In this document: positions 51,134-59,563 of the stretch, piece after piece
Layout: each line of letters starts with the position of its first letter
Position numbering within the stretch: the first letter of the stretch is position 1
IMG/VR virus record: IMGVR_UViG_3300032265_001317
Span: 28,159 to 92,158 of that record
Strand: one strand, 5' to 3'
Source: a virus
Length of the DNA stretch: 64,000 nucleotides
Notes under the pieces: generated by a model
What the model saw: the letters and a program-made list of their open reading frames with translations, nothing else
What the model was told of the DNA's origin: nothing
Database searches by the model: none
Made by a program: the position numbers and the translations under genes

Positions 51134-51981
51134 TAAGTTCCCCACTCATTTTTAAATAATGGCACTTGTAAACGGTCACTATAACGTAGTCCGTTTTTCA
51201 TAGCCAACAATGCCACATTCTTATTGTTCATTGCATATACGCTTTCTACACCACCTACCGGCATCAAGTATACGTGTCCTTTAAATCCTGCTGAACGATA
51301 TGCGGCAATGGCACATTCTGCATCTGCAAAGTCTTGTTCTGTGGCAATAACAAACTTCAAATATGCTGTGCCATAATTTTCATAGTCGCAAACTACTTCT
51401 GGTTTGATAGCATCATCCCACGGTTCACCTGAACATGGAAGTTTAGCACTTACACTAAAAGTAACTTCTCTTTCATCGCTACCAAATGCCCAGTCTTTTA
51501 AGTATTCTTTAAATGCAGTAGTAAGGCGCATTGAACCATTAGTTTCAAATGTAATTTCTTTCAAGTCTGCCATCTTGGGATGGCTCAACAAGTCCGGATA
51601 ACATTTTTGCCAACCTAACAATGGTTCACCTCCGGTAATAACAAGATGAGCTTCGCCCCATTCGTTATCGGGAAGCATTTCCATAATGCGTTCTACAATA
51701 CCATCAGTTTCGACCAATGGGCTAAGATGTTTAAAACGTGCATCCCAGCTAGCATAGCTATCGCAACCAGTTGATACCAATGGCAGTTCATTGTAATCTT
51801 TAAACTCTACAATGCGTTCTGCGATAGCTTCTCTCTCATTAGATAGTTCACCACGCGGCATACCAAAACCTTGACAGGTAAAGTTACAACCAAATGTACG
51901 CAAGAACACACTTGGTACACCCATGTAGCGTCCTTCTCCTTGTATACTATAAAACAATTCTGCTAATTTAATTTTGCTCAT
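51133..51981 (-). CDS. queE: 7-carboxy-7-deazaguanine synthase (radical SAM)
   Basis: FYSIQGEG, SVFLRTFGCNFTC...GCDS, VITGGEPLL, ETNG, SVSAKL, YLMP. Confidence 0.9.
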   Translation of the reverse strand: MSKIKLAELFYSIQGEGRYMGVPSVFLRTFGCNFTCQGFGMPRGELSNEREAIAERIVEFKDYNELPLVSTGCDSYASWDARFKHLSPLVETDGIVERIMEMLPDNEWGEAHLVITGGEPLLGWQKCYPDLLSHPKMADLKEITFETNGSMRLTTAFKEYLKDWAFGSDEREVTFSVSAKLPCSGEPWDDAIKPEVVCDYENYGTAYLKFVIATEQDFADAECAIAAYRSAGFKGHVYLMPVGGVESVYAMNNKNVALLAMKNGLRYSDRLQVPLFKNEWGT

Positions 51982-52318
51982 GTCGTTCTTTCTTAAATTG
52001 CTTTACATCTAGTATAGCACACTTTAATGTTTCTGTATAGTTCAATGCCTGTTGCTCGGTCATAATGATACTGCCTTCGTATTCTATGTAGCCTTTGGTC
52101 AACAATGTCCAAATCTTTTGCCAACGATTCATGCTCCACCATTTGGATTTTTGTTGTGTGTACGTAGTAACAGTGACACTATTATCATCCGCTTCAATCC
52201 AGATATTATGATCGTGGTTGCTATCACCGCACTCGCAAACAACCTGATAGGTCATTGCATCGCCCCAATCTTGACGTTTTAAAATACCAACAGCTGGTGT
52301 TTGAGCTTTCATAATCAT
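51968..52318 (-). CDS. Hypothetical protein with CECG...H motif
   Basis: 116-aa ORF inside the cluster. Confidence 0.65.
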   Translation of the reverse strand: MIMKAQTPAVGILKRQDWGDAMTYQVVCECGDSNHDHNIWIEADDNSVTVTTYTQQKSKWWSMNRWQKIWTLLTKGYIEYEGSIIMTEQQALNYTETLKCAILDVKQFKKERHEQN

Positions 52319-52590
52319 ACCTCGTAAATGTTAGACCATTTTTTTAATTTTTCAATTTTGGCATTACTAGCAGTCTCGATATTATTCCAACTAACAATAT
52401 CCATTTCTTGTAAAATATTAATCATTGCATAGAGATCACCGAGTTCTTCTTCTAGATGCTCTCTATTGGTTTTAGGTTTTCCAGGTTTAACATTGTCCAA
52501 CCCAAAACGACTAATTTTACTAACCGCTTGAATAACCTCTGCACATTCTTCTTGTAGAATGTCCATTACTTCTTTAGTTCTTGTATCCAT
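52315..52590 (-). CDS. MazG-like nucleotide pyrophosphohydrolase
   Basis: EECAEVIQAVSK...LEEELGDL. Confidence 0.8.
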   Translation of the reverse strand: MDTRTKEVMDILQEECAEVIQAVSKISRFGLDNVKPGKPKTNREHLEEELGDLYAMINILQEMDIVSWNNIETASNAKIEKLKKWSNIYEV

Positions 52591-52970
52591 TTTTTATAGT
52601 TTCCTTTACCAGGAATAGTATTCCTTACTCCGCCTATTGGATCTTCTACATCGCCATCGTATCTAGGTATGAGATGAATATGTGGCCACTCTACAGTCTG
52701 CCCGCCTGCTTGTCCGTAATTTAATCCAATATTAAATCCATCGCACTCTCCTGCTTTGACCATTGCCCGCCCATATCTAAATGCATCATTAAATGCTTCG
52801 CTTAACACATGAGTTGTATTATATTTAGGTACGAACAATAAATGCCCGTGGCTAACTGGGTATTTGTCTTTATATACCGCTACGTGGAAATCTTCTTTGA
52901 GAACATCTGACCACGGTGCGTTACTATCTTCTAATGCTTCTGGAAGTTTTGCATTAATTATATCTTTCAT
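52566..52970 (-). CDS. HIT-family nucleotide hydrolase
   Basis: DKYPVSHGHLLFVP, FNIGLN.G..GGQTV.WPHIHLIPR. Confidence 0.9.
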   Translation of the reverse strand: MKDIINAKLPEALEDSNAPWSDVLKEDFHVAVYKDKYPVSHGHLLFVPKYNTTHVLSEAFNDAFRYGRAMVKAGECDGFNIGLNYGQAGGQTVEWPHIHLIPRYDGDVEDPIGGVRNTIPGKGNYKKWIQELKK

Positions 52971-53425
52971 TTCGCTTTCATTGTTTCTAAATATTGTTCA
53001 TTATGGACCCACTTGTTATTAACAAGGAATCCCCATTCGCGCTTTTGTGGACCTGGCATAAACAATGTCCATGCAGTTATGCCATCAGCCAGTTCGATGC
53101 GATGATAAGACCTAGGACTGCAAATGCGACAATGTCCGGGCCCACGCCACTTACGAATCTCGCAACTTTTTGTACCGTCTGGGTTAAACTGAGGAATCCA
53201 TTCATAGTAACCACCTTTCAAAATTAGTGTAAAATAAGGCCATGGATGATCGTGAACATCATCTGGGTCACCCTTTAAAAATTTGTGTAAAAAAATATTA
53301 AATGGAAAAGATTTTCTATCTTTTAAAAATATATAGTAGCGTTCCAAATACGGCTCGTTATTGACACGATCCATAATAATACGTTTACGATCGTGTCTCT
53401 CTAACCAGTTAAGTAAAAATTTCAT
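52967..53425 (-). CDS. Cupin-like protein
   Basis: LH...D...HDHPW...ILKGGYYE...HRIEL metal-binding pattern. Confidence 0.6.
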   Translation of the reverse strand: MKFLLNWLERHDRKRIIMDRVNNEPYLERYYIFLKDRKSFPFNIFLHKFLKGDPDDVHDHPWPYFTLILKGGYYEWIPQFNPDGTKSCEIRKWRGPGHCRICSPRSYHRIELADGITAWTLFMPGPQKREWGFLVNNKWVHNEQYLETMKAK

Positions 53426-53428
53426 ATA

Positions 53429-54409
53429 TTAATATTGAGGTTGGTTACAATACCATTTATAGGCATCTCTAATTATATCTTCAATTGTACTATATGTTGG
53501 TTCCCAAGTCAACTCTTTGTTTGCTCGGGTTGCATCTGCAACTAGTTCCGCAGGGTCGCCTGCACGTCTTGGACCGTTTTGCACATTTTTAATTCCAAAA
53601 TGTAATTTAACATAATCGACAATTTCTTGATTGCTAGTACCTTTATTAGTACCAAGATTAAAAATATGGGCCCCTGGATTAGATTCAAGATATGTAGCGG
53701 CTTTAAGATGTGCAGTAGCTAGATCCATAACATGAATATAATCTCTTATACATGTTCCATCTGCGGTAGGAAAATCCTTGCCATTAAGTATAAATGGCAG
53801 GTGTTTTAAACTTGCCTCCAATGCTCGTGCAACAATATGTGTAGCACCCCAGGGTTGTCCTAAATCTGATTCAACTGGCCAAGCACCTGCGGCATTAAAG
53901 TATCTAAAACAGACGCTACTAATTCCGTAGGCATTACTATAATCTGCTAATAATTTTTCAATCATTAATTTTGTATTGCCGTATGGACTGATTGGATCAA
54001 GGGGGTGGTCTTCGGTAATCGGAACTTCTTTTGGATCGCCATATACGCTGGCACTACTACTAAAAATAATTACAGGTTTTTTAGGACGATCTTTAAGAAA
54101 GTTTAACAACGAGATAGTTTTGCTAACATTATTAGAGTAGTAGTCGCTGGGATTAATTACACTGGGTCCGACTAAACTAGTTCCTGCACAGTGAACAATA
54201 ATGTCTGGATTCTTTTCTGCAATAAAACTTAAAGAATTTACACTGGCATAGTCTGCTTGTACAAATCCGTCAATATCTTTCAAAGTGTTATCAAACCGTA
54301 GTCTATCTACAATATACACTTTGTTATTGGCATCTAATTGCTTGAATGCTCGTGCGACATGGCTACCAATGTAGCCACATCCGCCTGTTACAATAATGGT
54401 TTTACTCAT
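53429..54409 (-). CDS. galE: UDP-glucose 4-epimerase-like NDP-sugar epimerase
   Basis: TGGCGYIGSH, FSSSASVYG, YGNTK, RYFNAAGA, DGTCIRDYIHV.DLA.AH, RRAGDP. Confidence 0.9.
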   Translation of the reverse strand: MSKTIIVTGGCGYIGSHVARAFKQLDANNKVYIVDRLRFDNTLKDIDGFVQADYASVNSLSFIAEKNPDIIVHCAGTSLVGPSVINPSDYYSNNVSKTISLLNFLKDRPKKPVIIFSSSASVYGDPKEVPITEDHPLDPISPYGNTKLMIEKLLADYSNAYGISSVCFRYFNAAGAWPVESDLGQPWGATHIVARALEASLKHLPFILNGKDFPTADGTCIRDYIHVMDLATAHLKAATYLESNPGAHIFNLGTNKGTSNQEIVDYVKLHFGIKNVQNGPRRAGDPAELVADATRANKELTWEPTYSTIEDIIRDAYKWYCNQPQY

Positions 54410-54412
54410 TTA

Positions 54413-55624
54413 TTAATATTTGCTTTCATGAGTGTGTTTACGATAGTCTGTTGACATACGTCTCCATTGACCTGCTTTACAACTCATACCGTCTTCGGCT
54501 ACTGTTCCGGCAGTTTCCATGATATCACAAATCCTATCAATCGTGCCATCTGTCCAGTTACTGATATTGCCAATGTTTGCATGTGGCTTACGAATAAGAC
54601 GTTCTAGTTTGTTAATGGCATCTTCTAGTGACCAAGGAATATATAGTCGTTCGTGGTCGTTAGCAAAAGTTTCAGGGAAAGACCTATATGCAGGATATAA
54701 AACGTTACAACCAAGAGTATCGGCTTCTGATACGGTGTTAGATACCCAATCCTGTAAAGCACAATTAAAAAGTACACGAGAGTCGTTAAGTAAAGCGTAA
54801 TAATCATTTTTTTCTAAGTCCTCATACACGGTTAACAAGCCTCGTGCTTGCAAATCTCGTGTACGAGCCATATAACTATTGTTATTTGATTTAAGTTTAC
54901 TGCCTGCAAAAACTGCGAATTCTACCCTCTGCCCTGGGTGACGTTCGTTCCATAGTTCTGCCAAGTCCATGTAGAAGTCTGGTTGTTTCTCTTGATCCCA
55001 ACGTGCGGCAAATCCTACACGGAATTTACGTTGATCAAATGGCTTTAGATCTCCAGGCACTCTTGCACGTACTTCATCTTTGCCAAATGCTAATCCGCTG
55101 ATGTTATAGATTGGACTCTTCCAACCTGCTACTTTCATGTGCATGACCATTTCTTCATTGCTGGCAAGAACGCCATCAACAAAGCTATCTACCATTTTTT
55201 CGTAGTGACCCATAAACTCGCTCATGCCCCATACATGTACGAAATCATCCGGATCGATTGACTGAGCAAGACAGCGGACAAATATACGAGGCCGCAAAGT
55301 ATGATCGATTTGATTAAGAATGTACGGAAGGCTTTCAATACCAGGCTGAAACATGTCTTCGAAGTAGATAACATCTTCATGATTAATTTCTCCAGCTTTC
55401 ATCATCTTAACTAGATTCATTAGTTGCGACATGCCGAAATATGTGCGTCCGTGTGCATCCAATACTTGCCCTGTTACAATGGCCTGATCGTTACTAAGCG
55501 TTTCGCCAGGCACTAATATATAATCAATGCCTCTGCGTTTAAATACAGCTTCGTTCCAGTCTTGTAACTGTAGAGTATAACGTGCTTTGTAAGGCTCCAG
55601 GCCCATGTAATAGAGTTTTCTCAT
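54413..55624 (-). CDS. GT-B fold glycosyltransferase (start moved to MRKLYY)
   Basis: ATGA overlap with the upstream stop at 55621-55624; FAARWDQEKQP and ALQDWVSNTVSEA..LGC..LYP..RSFPE resemble the GT-B nucleotide-sugar-binding domain. Confidence 0.75.
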   Translation of the reverse strand: MRKLYYMGLEPYKARYTLQLQDWNEAVFKRRGIDYILVPGETLSNDQAIVTGQVLDAHGRTYFGMSQLMNLVKMMKAGEINHEDVIYFEDMFQPGIESLPYILNQIDHTLRPRIFVRCLAQSIDPDDFVHVWGMSEFMGHYEKMVDSFVDGVLASNEEMVMHMKVAGWKSPIYNISGLAFGKDEVRARVPGDLKPFDQRKFRVGFAARWDQEKQPDFYMDLAELWNERHPGQRVEFAVFAGSKLKSNNNSYMARTRDLQARGLLTVYEDLEKNDYYALLNDSRVLFNCALQDWVSNTVSEADTLGCNVLYPAYRSFPETFANDHERLYIPWSLEDAINKLERLIRKPHANIGNISNWTDGTIDRICDIMETAGTVAEDGMSCKAGQWRRMSTDYRKHTHESKY

Positions 55625-55845
55625 CGAGCACCCTGTCCGTAGCGAGCTTCTTTCTTGGCCTTGCGAGCATAGTAGTCCTGCTCGCGTTGCCATGCTCTGT
55701 AAGCATCGCTTCTATACAAATCCTTGGGATTGTAAGGAAGAAGATTAAGGCGGCAGTGATCCAGCCACTTTTCAAGATCATCAAAAATCTTGCTCACTTC
55801 TGGTTTCATACGAAGAGTCTTGGTAATATAATTTGGAAGAGACAT
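55621..55845 (-). CDS. Hypothetical protein
   Basis: 74-aa ORF coupled to the glycosyltransferase. Confidence 0.7.
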   Translation of the reverse strand: MSLPNYITKTLRMKPEVSKIFDDLEKWLDHCRLNLLPYNPKDLYRSDAYRAWQREQDYYARKAKKEARYGQGAR

Positions 55846-55855
55846 AATAGTTTTT

Positions 55856-56305
55856 TTAAATTACGATTGATTGACTTGGACGGGTGAGGTTATAGTCAAT
55901 TGAACATCCGTTTTCACCGTCCTCGGATACTTCAATTGTTACTGCACGATTTGGATAACGTGCGGCAATTTGTAGATATAAATCGTCTGCGATCATTTCG
56001 CATGATTTCCAGTCTAGTTCTAAAACGGAACCCGAACCATTATACAGCGACTCGCACCATCGTTTGAACTGGATGAACTCGATGTCCCTGTCATTATGGA
56101 ACACATCGATTGACACCCTGAAATGAAATATATGGCGATGAGGATTAGCAAGGAACGATACATCATATTCTCCAGCTGTATTTAATGCTGGATCAGTACC
56201 AGCGGCAGGATAACAATGAATTCCTTCCTTGCGGAATGTAATCCAAATTTGTCGTTTAGCAGAATCTTTGATTCTCTCAATTGTTTCTCTTTGTTCTTGG
56301 TTCAT
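55856..56305 (-). CDS. dpdL: QueD-like T-fold protein, probable CDG decarboxylase (DpdL type)
   Basis: EGIH...LANPHRHIF (LxxxHRHxF rather than the QueD CxxxHGH), SCEMIA, VSEDGENG. DpdL motif recalled from the literature. Confidence 0.65.
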   Translation of the reverse strand: MNQEQRETIERIKDSAKRQIWITFRKEGIHCYPAAGTDPALNTAGEYDVSFLANPHRHIFHFRVSIDVFHNDRDIEFIQFKRWCESLYNGSGSVLELDWKSCEMIADDLYLQIAARYPNRAVTIEVSEDGENGCSIDYNLTRPSQSIVI

Positions 56306-56829
56306 TTGATTACCTTGTCTTGGGTATATTTAGACCACGGAGTAAAGTTACTTCTATTTTTTAAATTGTGTAAACTGTGACACCATACACCTGGATTGGT
56401 TGCGTTAAAGTCTTTGTCGTCTAACTTAATTGTAGCATTATAACCGTACTGTTGTATATAAGGCAATTTAACCGAAATCATTGGAATGAAATTATGTCTT
56501 TCTACCAAGAAGGATTCAAGTAACCCTTCTGCACAACTGATATCTAAATCCAATGTACATAGATAATTACGCATCAAACATTGTTCGATCATGCTCTCCC
56601 ACAATCTCCAATTATCAGCATCGTTTATTTCTAACTTTGGAAAACTTTGATTAGCACCAAAATAGATATGAGTTACTTCGTTCTCTCTAGCTTGTGCAAT
56701 AATTTCGTCAACTGGTTGTATACCTACTACAAATAGAGTAGGTTCACCATAAGCAGGTGTGTGTTCAACTTCGGTACCGAGAAACATGGTTGCTTGATCG
56801 CTGATACCTGAATCGTAATCTCTTTTCAT
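56302..56829 (-). CDS. Hypothetical protein linked to dpdA
   Basis: 175 aa; G.EVEHTPAYG.PTLFVVG, HIYFGANQSF, IKLDDKDF.ATNPGVWCH. Confidence 0.75.
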   Translation of the reverse strand: MKRDYDSGISDQATMFLGTEVEHTPAYGEPTLFVVGIQPVDEIIAQARENEVTHIYFGANQSFPKLEINDADNWRLWESMIEQCLMRNYLCTLDLDISCAEGLLESFLVERHNFIPMISVKLPYIQQYGYNATIKLDDKDFNATNPGVWCHSLHNLKNRSNFTPWSKYTQDKVIK

Positions 56830-56835
56830 GTTATT

Positions 56836-56864
56836 AGTTTACTTGATTATTTGTTATCTGTCAA
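56836..56864 (-). promoter_or_regulatory. Sigma70-type promoter TTGACA-N17-TAAACT, predicted leaderless start
   Basis: -35 at 56864-56859, -10 at 56841-56836, ATG at 56829. Confidence 0.6.
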
Positions 56865-58403
56865 CACTTCTTGTTCCAGAGCCATTAATTTTTCATCGTC
56901 CATATCTTCTGTGTCAATTTCGTCTGGACTTGTAACTTCCTCTACTTCGAACAAACTATGGAATTTGTTACGAGCAGGACCACCTTGTAATCGAGCACCA
57001 TCTAAACTGGTAATAAAAGTTGTAGCTTCGTCAATTAATGCAAATGCTTCAGCTTTAGTCTTAGTTTCAAACAATTCATTTATGAACTGTTCAAAATATA
57101 GTATGCTACGTGGCACGTATGGACTTGGCTCGTCAATTGACATATTTTTACCATTGAGTCTTGCAAAGTCTCTCCATGTCTTTTTAAATCTAGCATGTTC
57201 AATATCTGCTAGATGATTTGCACGTTGTACCGCTACGATATGGCAATAGACATTATGACCCATATATAACGCATAGCTAAAACTATCCCAAGAAGTTTTA
57301 CCTTCTTTACCGATCTTATTTAGATCGCCAGGAGCATAATAGCAAATATCGCCCATTGTTAACCTGCGGCCGAATTCACTTTCGAAGGGGAATGGGATAT
57401 CGCTTCCTGCAAGTGCTTTGTTATCTGGGGCTTTGTCCATAACAGTACTCCACTTTTTGGGCGTGTGGATTGGATTTGTGTATGCAAGTCCGTGCGCTGT
57501 TGCGACAAACGGTGAGGCGCAATCAAAAGAGATGGTAAGTTCTTCATTAATATGTTTCCTAATTTGTCGTTGAATTGATGTCAAATAGCAAGACCAGTCT
57601 AGCTGTGCCGTACCCAAAAAGTGAATCCAGTTCTTGCCTGTTAGCAAGCCGTCTTCACGCATGGTCATTATACGCTTTAGTGTAATATCCATTTTACACA
57701 TATTCACGCCTCCGAACGCCCAACCTTCTGCGGCCTTGTCGCCCCAAATGGCCGGATCGCTGAATTGTTTAACTCCTTGATACCACTGTTCAGCAGTATC
57801 CCAGTCGCTACCTTGTAGCACATTTAAGAATTTGGTTTCACCTAGTCTACGAGTCAACCAGTATTCATTATTATAACATGTTTTATCTAAGCAGTCTTGG
57901 AAACTGGTTAATCCTGTGCGTTCTCTATTAACAGGATCGCATGCCCAACTAGGAACGTCTAACAACATTGACCAATCTGCTGTACACTCTAGCCATGCTA
58001 AAATATCATCACGGATTTTATTAGCGGCCTTGCCTTTAAAATCCTTCCAGTCGAATTTAAGAATACCCTTACCAATCTGGTATCCGCCCGAGTCGCCAAG
58101 GATCATGGTTTGTTTACGATCTCGTTGTTGCAACATACTATCCTGCGTCCAGGCCTTGGTCAAGTCCAACTGTGCATGACCTGCAGAATACAAGGCATAC
58201 TTGTAGACAAAATATCCTTCTTCTGGATTAAGAAAGTTCATACCTTCGATGCCGCGATCAAATCCTTTAGGAATACGTTCTTTTGGAACAAATTCTTCTA
58301 ATCTTTGTTTAGCAACATAGGTACTATAAAAACTACTGATAGCTGGCAAATACACAGCATAGTCTTTTTGTAATGGAGTTAGGTCAACTGGTGGTCTTGT
58401 CAT
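56847..58403 (-). CDS. dpdA: TGT-family 7-deazaguanine DNA transglycosylase (DpdA/DpdA2-like)
   Basis: GDSGGYQ, MLLDVP, LNVLQG, GWAFGG, HFLG, SFDCASP TGT-fold motifs; clustered with queE. Confidence 0.8.
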   Translation of the reverse strand: MTRPPVDLTPLQKDYAVYLPAISSFYSTYVAKQRLEEFVPKERIPKGFDRGIEGMNFLNPEEGYFVYKYALYSAGHAQLDLTKAWTQDSMLQQRDRKQTMILGDSGGYQIGKGILKFDWKDFKGKAANKIRDDILAWLECTADWSMLLDVPSWACDPVNRERTGLTSFQDCLDKTCYNNEYWLTRRLGETKFLNVLQGSDWDTAEQWYQGVKQFSDPAIWGDKAAEGWAFGGVNMCKMDITLKRIMTMREDGLLTGKNWIHFLGTAQLDWSCYLTSIQRQIRKHINEELTISFDCASPFVATAHGLAYTNPIHTPKKWSTVMDKAPDNKALAGSDIPFPFESEFGRRLTMGDICYYAPGDLNKIGKEGKTSWDSFSYALYMGHNVYCHIVAVQRANHLADIEHARFKKTWRDFARLNGKNMSIDEPSPYVPRSILYFEQFINELFETKTKAEAFALIDEATTFITSLDGARLQGGPARNKFHSLFEVEEVTSPDEIDTEDMDDEKLMALEQEVLTDNK

Positions 58404-58774
58404 TGTTCTTCACTTAATATTGATGTCACTTTTAATTGTTCTTCTGCTTCTTTCAACGTCTGTTTGGCACGATTAACATTTTCTCTTGCAATTTTTACAG
58501 CAGGATTATCGCTGGGCAAAGATAGCAACACTTCTTCCTCGTGTTTCTTTTTCCTTGCCCAATCTAATAACGCTAATGTTTCTCCGTCAAGTTGTACTGT
58601 AGCATAACTAGAATTTATTGTCATCCAGTTATTGCCACTCCATACTTGCATATCGCTACCGTTAATACGGATCATGCCTTGCATGGGATTATTTGTATCC
58701 TGACTAATGTAAGGAACACTAGTATTGCCTCCCATTACACTAACACCAGGTCCGTGTGTTAACCCTTTTATCAT
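58400..58774 (-). CDS. Hypothetical protein
   Basis: 124-aa ORF with ATGA overlaps on both sides. Confidence 0.7.
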   Translation of the reverse strand: MIKGLTHGPGVSVMGGNTSVPYISQDTNNPMQGMIRINGSDMQVWSGNNWMTINSSYATVQLDGETLALLDWARKKKHEEEVLLSLPSDNPAVKIARENVNRAKQTLKEAEEQLKVTSILSEEQ

Positions 58775-59508
58775 GCGTTAGCAGGAATGATATACTTGTA
58801 AGTTGCTAGACCACTATCTAACGTGATCTGCATAGCACCACTTTCGTTACTAAAACTCATTGTGGTATTGTTGACATCAGCGGCCTTAAGGATACTCAAT
58901 ACAGAGCTAACTGGATATGTCCATGCCTTGGTTAGTTTGCCTGTTACATTGGAAGCAAATGTAAATTCGCCACCGTGTGTACTGATATCGCCAAATGTAA
59001 ACTTCAAATTGCCGTTATCTGTTTTTGCCAAGAATGTAGTATGCTCTGTGTTAGCACCTGCTTGGAAACTAAAACGCTGAATAGCATTTAGTGTTGGAGT
59101 AACTTCTACATCCCATTTGGCACCTCGGAATTTAACGGTCTTTAGTTTTTCGTTAATAACTTCGGTATTCATGAAACGATAATCGTTTTTAAAATCTCCG
59201 TCTTTGTTTTCAAAGTGAATGCCAACTGGAAGTTCTGTACCGTTTCTAGTACCGAGAGTTACTTCAATTTTTGCATCCTCTTGATATTCTTTACCATCTA
59301 ATAGATAGCGTAGTTTTTCAAGTTGTGGCATACCAAATGTGCCAATCATATCCGGATACGGATTTGCAGTTTCAGCATACATGATAACTGTTCGATCCTC
59401 TGCCATTGAATCAATCAATGTTTTATCTTCTGTACCTGTAACCTTAACAATGTTAAGGAAGCCCAGTTTGTTTGTGTGTGCAACGATGTCGCTTAGAATG
59501 TCTTTCAT
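58771..59508 (-). CDS. DNA polymerase sliding clamp (gp45-like)
   Basis: 245 aa immediately downstream of polB; size, position and C-terminal MQITLDSGLATYKYIIPA are clamp-like. Confidence 0.65.
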   Translation of the reverse strand: MKDILSDIVAHTNKLGFLNIVKVTGTEDKTLIDSMAEDRTVIMYAETANPYPDMIGTFGMPQLEKLRYLLDGKEYQEDAKIEVTLGTRNGTELPVGIHFENKDGDFKNDYRFMNTEVINEKLKTVKFRGAKWDVEVTPTLNAIQRFSFQAGANTEHTTFLAKTDNGNLKFTFGDISTHGGEFTFASNVTGKLTKAWTYPVSSVLSILKAADVNNTTMSFSNESGAMQITLDSGLATYKYIIPANA

Positions 59509-59526
59509 AAAAATTCTCCTTGTTTA

Positions 59527-59555
59527 AGTATATTTAGATTTCTTGATATTGTCAA
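59527..59555 (-). promoter_or_regulatory. Composite promoter: TTGACA-N17-TATACT with overlapping TAAATA
   Basis: -35 at 59555-59550, -10 at 59532-59527, TAAATA at 59536-59531. Confidence 0.65.
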
Positions 59556-59563
59556 CGTATATT

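Noticed and set aside
55625-55693. Longer N-terminus (MATRAG...) for the glycosyltransferase
   Set aside because: It overlaps the upstream gene; the ATGA coupling at 55621-55624 gives a better start.
56847-58403. tRNA-modifying Tgt
   Set aside because: Highly divergent, lacks the bacterial Tgt CxCxxC zinc site, and sits among DNA replication genes; a DNA-acting DpdA is more plausible, though unproven.
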